From positions 32,366,001 through 32,430,000 of the forward strand of contig CM052818.1 in assembly GCA_028534125.1 (NCBI GenBank): a stretch of 64,000 nucleotides of DNA. The letters run 5' to 3'. The notes under the pieces are model-generated. The model saw only the letters and a list, made by a program, of their open reading frames with translations. It did no database searches and was not told the DNA's origin. The DNA is from Lama glama. Its lineage: Eukaryota. This document shows, in pieces, positions 54,828-64,000 of the stretch; within the stretch, counting starts at the first letter, position 1; every line of letters begins with the position of its first letter. A program made the translations under genes and the position numbers.

Positions 54828-57800
54828 TAAAAGGAAGATATGTGCTGTGATTGGGGTGAGGAGCTGTGCTTAAAGAATAAAATAGCTGACCTTTAGAAAG
54901 AATGTCACCTACACCCTGGCTGTTGGACGTCAAGAGGAAGCTGTTTGGTTGTCTTACTGCTGGGCAAATGGAGCTTCTGGAAGCTGTGCAAAGGAGCAGC
55001 TGTCTCTCGTGCCTGGGGAATACCCAGGCCCCAACACAAACACAAGGACAAAGCCGGTCCCCTCCTTTCTTTGACTGCTCCCCAGTTACTGCACAAAGCA
55101 AACCTTCCATCGATTTCTTCTCCTCATTAAGAGGGTTGGGCCCAAGGCCAAGTTATCTGTTGCACACAGGCAGGCTAGCTCATCATGGATAAAACCCTAA
55201 AGACTTCAGGTTCGATGCATTTCCTCAAAGCTTGGCTCCCCTCCAAAGCTGTTCGGTTCCGCATCTCCCGGGCTGAGAGGCTTCTCATGGGAGCCCTTGC
55301 TGCTCCAAACACAGGCCTCTTCAGCTTCTAACCCTAAACCATGGGTGTGACTTCTCAGCTACTCTATGTGCCAGAAGAAAATCTCTTGGAATCAGTCTCC
55401 AAACCCAGTATGAGGTCCGTCAGCGATTATTAGATCTGTGAGCCCCAGAGAAGCTGATGAAGGCCACCAGGCCCAACAGCAGCAGGCCCAGGGGTTCCCC
55501 CAAGTGATACTGGTGCCTGAGGATGCAAGGCTTCTTCCTGTGTGAGTCACCGCAGAAGCAGGTGTACAGCACACGGTCCACTCACACTCTTTTTCCTCTA
55601 AAAGATAGTTCTGTATTAAAACAACAATAGCTAAGTGGTAAATCTCTCATTTCTCCTTATAATATGAAATCTTTGTTTAGTGCAAAGTACCAAAACAAAG
55701 TAGAGGCTATACCATTGCACTGAACTCACTGACCCTCAACTTACTAAGTAAATATTAGCTTTGCTTTGTCTTTGAAGAAATCCTTTTTCCCTCCCCTAAA
55801 AAGCTGTCCCAGGACTAACTCTCATCCCTTCCAAGTCCTACCTGATCTCATCCAGCTCCCAAACCAGAGGAAAGAATTTGGTTGCTTTTCTAATCATCTC
55901 TCCCCTTTCCTCCCTTCACCTTGAACTAGAACCTCATTTTTCCACCCAAAGGGGAACCTGGCCTCCTAAACCGTCATCTCTGTTTCGCACTCTGCCTCAT
56001 GGTTCACAAAAATGTCTAATATGTGGGAGGCAGCCTTCTGCCAGCACCCCTCTCCACCCCCTGCCCGGTGACTTGCCTCCATCACTGCCCAGCCGTTGGT
56101 CCACCACTGCCTCCCTGTGATTAATGCAGGTCTTGCCAAGCAAACATGTGGCAAGCCCCGCCCCGTCTCACCACCAGCACTGATTACATAGCAGGGACTC
56201 CAGAAACACGTATTGATCGACCGGTGAGCGATTGATGCTTGAGCTCAATCCTAAGATGTCAGCAGCGGCTCCCCTGCAGCCAACATTTAGGAGGCAGTCA
56301 TCTGCCTTGCCTGACTCTGGTTTATTGCCAGATAACTCCCACTGCCCCTAAAAGACTGATCAGTAAGGATCTGCCCAGTGGCCACCCGGACTAATGAAAT
56401 CTCACAGTGGCTCAAAAGCGGCGATGCTCCCCCACCACCTCCGAATAAAATCAGAAGCAAGTGGTTGCCTGAGAGGCTGGAGATGACAGTGGCTGAAACC
56501 CACGCTTCCTTTGCTGCCCGACCCCAGCCTTGAAACAGGGATGACAGCAAGTGGCTGTGGGTCAGTGTTTTGTCTGCAGACCCCCTTCCAGAGTGACCCC
56601 AACTCAAAAGGTAGAGGACACTGAGGCAAATACATCCCCAAGCAGCCTTACTAGGCTCTTTGGGAAGGCTTGGGAGACCCGAATAGAGCCAGTGCTTTCC
56701 CAGGAGCCCAGTGCCGCATCGGGGAGCTGCTGAGGTGAGGGATAAGCGGAGGCGGGCTCCCAACACCCCTCCCCTGCTGTGTTCCTGCAGCAGGAGGCAT
56801 CCCGCCTTCTGATGGACCTGTTAGCCCCACCTTGCTGCAGACTCCTCGCAGAGCAGATTCGGGAGGATTAATGGGGAGAGAGGGAGCAGGGCCTCCTTTC
56901 CCCACCACCCACAGGATGAAGTCGACCAAGCCCCCAGAAGTGTCACTTGGCCAGGACTCAGCCTCCTGGTCAGGGAGAACAGGCCTCACCCTGGGTCCAG
57001 CCTGAGGCTCACCCTCTCGGCTTTAATCCAGACCCCCACGGTTCTTGCACAAGTTCCTCTGTGGGCGGTCCTGGCTCAGGTCAGGAGCTCAGAGAACTCA
57101 GTCTAGAAGAGGGGAGCATAAGGAGACAAAAGATTAGCCAATTAAGGGAGAGCCAGGTGCCTGCAGGGAGAGAAGTGCCCTGCGGAGGAGGGTCCTGGAG
57201 GAGGAGGGGTCCAGGCAGGCTCATGGAGAGGTCAAGGTCAGGGCTACACCCATTCAGAAAAAATCACCTGGCTTACCCTTGCCTGGCGCCTCCCACATGC
57301 CTGGGACTGCGCAGCTACAGCAGCGACTAGGGGAACCGGTACCCACTGTTCTGGAGCTTCCGGCCCATGGGAAGAGGGCAGCCTGTGAACCTCATGGCCT
57401 GTATCATGAAGCTTAACCCAACTCAGAGCTGCTACGTGGGAGGGCCCCCTGGAGAGGAAGGGTGCACTGGGGCCGGAGGGAAAGGAATAGAAGGAACAAT
57501 AGGTAAGCAGGTCTGACCAGGGCTGGGCTGTCTCACATCCTCACGTGTCCTCCTCTAGTCCTCACTCTGGAACTCTGGCCCAGAGCTGGCGGCTGTTACT
57601 GGCACTACAGGGATCAGGGAGATGATGTGGAAGAACATAAGTGTCCCACAGCTGGTGGGGGAATGGGGCCAGGATGGGCCTCGAAGTACATTCCTCAGCC
57701 AATTGAGCTTCTTCGAGTATCCAGTTCTATCAGAGATCCGTGCTATCAACGGGGAAGAGCTGGGAGAGCATCCCAGACCAGAGCCCCTGCGTGATCAGTA

Positions 57801-59744
57801 AGCAGACCAGCTCCCAGCCATCCTGACAAAGGATGGGGGAGGCTGGATAATAAGATTTTCTCCCCAAAGTTCAGTGCTGTCAGTTTCTACTGGGCTGGAA
57901 CAAAGGTGGCTTGTGGCATTTCATCTCTCCTGGCAGACATTAGAGCAGCTCCTAGCAATGCGCCACGTGAGGTCTTCTGAAAACCATCACTCACCAAGCT
58001 TCCACATTTCTAAACACTCCTCACATCCCCCAAGCCAGCCCTCCCCTCTGACGAGGGCCTGACACTCTGGGTCTGGGGGTTTCCCCACCCCCAGCCCACG
58101 AGGCAGAGCTGAGCCGCGGGAGCATCCAGGCAGGGAATAGCAGTCCAGGTGCTTCACGGAGCATTCTTGGAAGCCTCAGTCACTTCAGCTAATCAGATGA
58201 AGAAACGGAGAGAGAAAATGGGGCAAGTATTAAGGCTGGGGAAATTACATTTGTCAGTTTTGCACATACAATTACACTAACCAAATGGTTGGGATAATGC
58301 AATCACCGGGCTGCAGAGTTTCTCCCTCTCTCTCTCTCTAATGGGCAGTAATATTAGCAAGGAAGAGCTGCATGTGGCCTCTGCCACCTCTCTCTCTCTA
58401 AAAGCCCAGGTGAGGGCAGGTAGGACCCACAGAGCCAAATGACTCTGCCCTCAGCGTTCTTACCCCTCTCCCTTTCTCCTGTAAGCTCACACGTTGTGTA
58501 GGAGGGCAGGAGGGAATTAGCTCAACCCACAGGTATCTGTAACTTACAGAGCCCTGGCATCAAGCCACAGTCTTGCCTCGGGGTTGGTTGGTGACAATTG
58601 GTTTACTGTTTTCTAAATATATGTCTCTTGCCAAAGGTTGGGGTCGGGGAGTGGACAATTACAAATGGGTGGAGAAGAGCATTGGACCAGGAGTCAGAAC
58701 CCCTGTGCACAGCCCTGGCTGGCCTGCAAACTTTGTTCCTGGGGAGGCTCCCGCCTCTGCCCAGCCTTCTGTGACCTCCTCTGATGTCTGGGGCATGTCA
58801 GCAAACCCGCAGTAACAGAGCTCATATGAGAGGGGCTAACTCAAACACCGACAAAGGCCAAAAAACTGCTACTTTTAAAGGTCAAGGTTTGAAGTAGACA
58901 GCCTCCAGGTCTCTCCCCGTCCACCCCCAGCGCCATGGTTCTAAGGGCTAAAGGGAGCCAGCGCTCTCCTGGGCCCATCTCTCTAACTAACCCATGGCAC
59001 TGCTAATGCGCCCAGAAGTGAGGGGGACAGACTGCCCATTTCCACACATGCTCCTATGATTCAAGAGCAGATGCCAATTCCAATGAGAAAGTTTTATGTG
59101 TTTCACATAAATTGATTGGGTCTATTTCTGCTAAATGCATTATCCATTCACCACAGAACAACTATTAGAGTTAATAGAATTTGTAGCTGGAGCCATTATG
59201 TTCCAAGTACACCCTTCTGGGGATGACAGCATTATTGGAAGGCAGGATTCGCAGGGCCCAACTCCCCTCACTCAGAACCTGTCATCTCACTCGCTGGCGG
59301 TCTTTGCTTCCATCAGAAGCAGGCCCTGCAGGCCCAGTCAAGCTCCCTGCAGCAGCACACCCCGATAGTGAAGGGTCACCCAGATCCTAAAGACTTAAGT
59401 GTATCCTAGTCCCGTTCCAGAAACTCCTGTCTCCTTACCACCTGTCAGCACTGCAGACAGCCCCATGCCAGGCTGAGGGCAGAGAGGAAGCTGGGGTTCC
59501 CCTTTAGCCATGCCTCTTTACTGTGTGACAGTTTTGAAGGCAGAAGGCCCCAAAGTCATTGGGAGGACAGGGAACAAGTAAGGAGAGGAGGCCCACTCGC
59601 TCCATGGGGAACTCAGAGTAGACTCCTGGGTTCATGGCACCGTTAACAGCTTTCCCCAGAAATAACCGGTGACAGAATCTGGGGCTGCATGAATGCAGCA
59701 GTGAGCAGATCAGCTGGCGGGGACCTAGATGCCACCAAGATTTT

Positions 59745-59945
59745 CTCCAAGTGTGTCCTCAGGTCATCTGCTTCTTGTCACTCGGCTGGGGGAGGGAGGA
59801 CCCACAGGTGCTGCTGGTTAAAATGCAGATTCCTGGGCCCCGCAGACCTGTGGAATCTTAATATCTAGGAGTGAGAGGTCAAAACCTGCCTTTTTAACAA
59901 ACTCACAAGGAAAGCCTGGTTTGAAACAGAGTTTAAGAACCCCAG
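59745..59945. mobile_element. MER5-like DNA transposon
   Basis: ttaaaatgcagattcctgggccccgcagacct...ctgcctttttaacaaact...gtttaagaacc. Confidence 0.65.
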
Positions 59946-60079
59946 ACTGCAGCCCGACCTCCTCCATCCAGAGGGGTGTGGTCCTTGGGACAGAGTGGAG
60001 GCGGTTCCGACCATGTAGCATATTTCGAGCTTTCAGGTCTCAGACAGCAAAGGCCTCGTATCATGCATCTCCTCCTTAC

Positions 60080-60245
60080 ACAACAGTAATAACCACTAGT
60101 CACCGAGCATCGCCATGCGCTGGGAACCATGCTGGCTGTTTCGTATGCGTTCCCTCACTTGTACTAGAGTATTATCCCCCTGTTACAGATGAGGAACTTG
60201 AGGCCCACAGAGGCAGAGTAACTTGCCCTAAGTTATACACCCTGT
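60080..60245 (-). mobile_element. MIR SINE
   Basis: tattatcccctgttacagatgaggaacttgaggcccacagagg...taacttgccc. Confidence 0.65.
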
Positions 60246-61344
60246 GTAAAAGGCTAAAGAGTAAGTTTCTCTAAAATCACATGAAGAATCAAGTTTTCTA
60301 AGCCAGATCATATTCCAAAGGGCAAAGCTGTGATAAAGAAACCTTAAAAGAATCCCACTGTTGATGGGTCATCTAGAGGAATTTCTCTTCTCTGAAAAAC
60401 CCTGTTTATAATGTCAGTTTTTGCTTAAACAGAGCACATCTCCATCTTCAGTAATATTCAAAATAGTGCACCAGGCACACAGCGTACCCCTGCACGTGTA
60501 AGAAAGCTGGTAGCTGTGGCTAACCCGCATCCCTCCAGCGCCCCAGCCATCGTGGGTGCACGTGAAAGGCACTTCTGGCACTTCCCACTTATGTAGCCTT
60601 TCCCAGAACCCCCCGTCCATCTGGGGGAGCACCTCTTTAAGAGCTGGGCAGGCATGGGGCCTGGATGTCATCCTAACCCGTTCCAGCTCTGGCCACTTCG
60701 CTGCTCAGCTGGCCTGCTGTTTAACCATGTGCTGTATGTTCTCTTTTCCTCACTAATTTTAGATTATCACCTATTTATAGCCAGCGTATAGTGATGACGC
60801 ACGAGGCACCAGCCTTAACAAGGCTCGTGGGCCGCCAGTCACTGTGCCAGGCTTGGCACCCTCCCAGTTAGGATGTCACTCTTCATTTGGGCGCGGCTCC
60901 CTTCCCCAGGAGCTAGCGCAGCTGTGCTCCAGGAAGAGAGGTGGCGTGGAACTAATTCGTGATTCATGATCCGCATTACTCACGTTAACAAGTCCCTCTG
61001 GTGCAACAGGCTTTGCACGCTGGAGAGCCAGTCGGCATCCCCAGGAGATGGCCGACACCGAGGCCCAGGGCCTGCTCGGTGGCTGAGGAAGAGAAAGCAC
61101 TTCCGCAGGGACCTGGTGATGGTGACAGGTGGAACTGAAAGCTGGATAGGAAGCCCTGCACCCTGGCATAGTGCTCACAAGCAGCAGAGCTTCGTGGGTG
61201 AATGTTCACCATTTGTAGACTGCCTGCTTTCCTCTGTACACCGTCTACAGCTACTACGCACGCTCAGTGCCTCTTACGTGATCCTTACAGACTCTCCCCC
61301 CAGGTGCCCCAGGATAGACATCACCGGTCAGCTCTGCCACTTAC

Positions 61345-61610
61345 ATTAAGCCACTCCTCCTTGGCATGGCTTTGTTTCCCCACATCCAAAAAATGGCGCT
61401 TATAGTCTTAGGGTTTCCATCTCATAGGTTTGATGAACAGATCACACGAGTGAATGCATGTCAGAGGCTTAGAGCGGTGCTTGACACAAAGTGAGCTACG
61501 TGAGCTATCATTATTTTCCCCATTTTAGATCTGAGGAGACAGAATCAGAAAGGTTGTGTGACCTGCCCCACCAGTCAGCTGCAGAGCCAGGGTTCCCACT
61601 CAAGCCAGCT
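61345..61610. mobile_element. Tail-to-tail MIR fragments (+ at about 61345-61512, - at about 61510-61610)
   Basis: tgtttccccacatccaaaaaatgg...cttagagcggtgcttgacaca, then tattttccccattttagatctgaggagacaga...gtgacctgccc. Confidence 0.55.
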
Positions 61611-62779
61611 CACCCCAAAGTCTTCCCACTCTAACCCCATGCCCATTAGGAACAACCCCAAACACCAGCCAGCTGCTGACCACAGTTAGGGGGAAGCTCT
61701 TGCCACATCCAGATTGGCTACATCCACCTTCTCTTTCCACAGAAGGCCGACAGGACGCCACCACTAGCCCAGCACAAGGGAGGTTTGGGTTCCTTTCCAG
61801 TGTCCAGTTCTGATCACATTTGGAATTAGGACAGATCCCCCTACTCTCCAGCTCTGACTTTATTCTGCCTTGGATGGTGAGGTCTCCATCCAAGACTGCT
61901 GCATTGTAAATTATGCTGAACTGATCCTCCTTTCTAAAAGGAATCCAGTGTCCTTTGAGAAAGCCAGGAATCAACAGTGTTACTTCAGAGCTTCCCGACC
62001 CTGGGCCCCTCTGGAGAATGAGTGCAGCAGCACCCAACTCTGATGGACTCAGACACGCCTCACAAACCTCCAGTCTAACACCATGTGGTGGTTGACATTA
62101 AGGCAAAGCTGCAGACAAAATGCCTTCACACCATGCCTAGCAGCAGAGAGGACCCACTTCCTTTCTCTCTCCTGGCTGGCTTAAGGAAACATGTTGTTTT
62201 GTCCTGTTTGTTTCAGTGAAAGTTTACGTAAGTGGGAGACAGTAAATGGTCCCAGAACTCTGGTCTCAGCACACCTTGATTAGGATCGTTTAACTCCAGG
62301 ACCAGCAGAACACAAAGGCCCCTCCATCAGTGCAGGTGCATTAAGCACTTGCTATTTGGGAAGTCCGCCTTTAATTATCGTCCTTCTCCCAGGCTTGCTA
62401 GTTCTGCTGGCAGAGCAACTGCATCCCCTTGGAGCCTACTCAGCTCTTTGCCTTTTGTAGCAAAGCTTCAGTGATCCTGGAAAGAGGGATATTTTTCCAG
62501 TTTTTCTGGGCCCAGAGCTGGACAAAAGAGCTCAGAGGAGAAGGGCTGAAATGCTAACTCTAGATCCCAAGAGGGGTTCCTCCCTGGCTTCCCCCTCCAT
62601 TGCCAAGAGGAAAAGGAACCAGAGGTGGAATTGCCTTAGCCATCACTGAGTCAAACAGGAGAGAGAGGGCCCAGGGAAGAGCTCAGCCCAGCCAGTGCCC
62701 TCCACGCAGGATGTTTACATAAAAGATGAGGTCAGAGAAAGCACTGGCTTCTGGGGTGGGCTTTTGGGGGTATGGATAG

Positions 62780-63258
62780 ATATCTTTTGCTCAGTAACAA
62801 ATTACCATAAACATAGTGGCTTAAAACAACACACATTTTTTATAGTAGTTTCTGTGGGTCAGGAAACTCAGGCACGGCTCAGCTGGGTCCTCTGCTTCAT
62901 AGTTTCTCATTTTCTCATATGGTTGCACAAGATGTTAGCCAGGGCTGGGTCTCATCTGAAAGCTCAGCTGAGGAGGGAGTTACTCCCAAGCTCACTGGTT
63001 GTTGACAGTTCCTGGAGAAGCCAATGATGAGAGAGAGAAAGGGAAAGAGAGACAGAGACAGAGAAATAGGGCATGTGCTAGCAGGATGGAAGTTACAGTC
63101 TTATGTAACATAATCATGAAAATAACACTCCATCACCTTTGCCACATTCCATGGTTAGAAGTGACTCACAGGTCTCGCCCACATTCAAAAGGAGGGGATT
63201 ATGCAAGGGTGTGGCTACCAGGAAGTAGAGATGATTGGCGCCCCTTGACAGCCTACCT
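62780..63258 (-). mobile_element. MLT1 (F-H-like) MaLR LTR
   Basis: gtaacaaattaccataaacatagtggcttaaaacaacacacattt...tttctgtgggtcaggaa...ccatcacctttgccacattccatggttagaagtgactcac. Confidence 0.8.
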
Positions 63259-64000
63259 GCAGTGGCTTTCATGTGTTGGAGATCGACCAATCTCCAGGGA
63301 GCTCTGAGAGCTCATTGTGGATTCTGAAGGACAGAATTCCTAGCAGCAACCTCAAGCCTCTCTGTTTAACGTTCCACAGACACTTAAATGTTCACAAAGT
63401 ACCCACTGAGTACCAGTCCGTAACAGGACGGAAAATGGAATACAGAGAGTCCTAGAGACTGTGGTTCTAGCCGTGCGACTTCAGGACAGTCGGACGTTCT
63501 GAGCCCCCACTTTTCCTTTGTCCATGAGGTAGAGATAATGATTACCTGCCCCAGCTCTTTCTCAGAGCAGGCCACTGTGGTGAGCAAGCGAGATCGTTTC
63601 TAACAGGCTTTGAAAGTTCTAAAAGAATATACTAATATAAAATGTTGTGTGATATTGCTATTAACATTATTAAACTGTAGAACAGAAAAGATTGGGCCAA
63701 TTCACGTGCCCCTGGTACGTTGCCTTCTATACGTTTTCAGCATATCTATCTCCTCCTTCACCTCCACCTGTGAGCTGTGTACTCTTTCATTTATACATAA
63801 GGGTGTACTCTGGGCCTATTTTTCTTAATTTTTTAAAATTTTAACCAAATTCTAGTTTTGACCTCTTAAAACTAACCGTGTTAAAAAGGGCAGAGGCAAT
63901 ATTTTGCCTGCTAGGTCATCTTGTTCAGTCAGTTCCCCCAGCCCAGGTGATCACCAGCTTGCAGGTGAAGCCCTCAGACTCCACTTGGGGGAAATATGTG

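Overview
Mammalian genomic DNA, not prokaryotic. The ORF track is almost entirely spurious. The window lies inside the ALK (anaplastic lymphoma kinase) gene on the + strand. It holds six coding exons equivalent to human exons 6-11: the LDL-A module, the second MAM domain and the linker before the TNF-like/glycine-rich region. I read them by hand from splice sites, and they join in one open frame: 8991-9122, 16428-16559, 18453-18553, 37601-37770, 54385-54479, 54649-54777. The rest is intron, filled with ancient repeats (L2, MIR, L3, MER5, MLT1, MER44, old L1M) plus one young 5'-truncated L1 with a perfect 17-bp target-site duplication. That L1's 3' UTR, and the lack of primate, rodent, ruminant, pig or carnivore SINEs, suggest a camelid (inference). 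I found no evidence of a wholly new biological system. The best leads are: (1) exon 7 starts with a consensus donor (CAG|GTAAG), a recursive-splice/dual-site layout; (2) a GC-AG intron 8; (3) a 33-bp templated insertion at an LTR truncation point; (4) a CpG-rich double-MEF2 + CRE-like cluster in intron 11. Exon numbering, human comparisons and repeat family names come from recall, and repeat boundaries are approximate.
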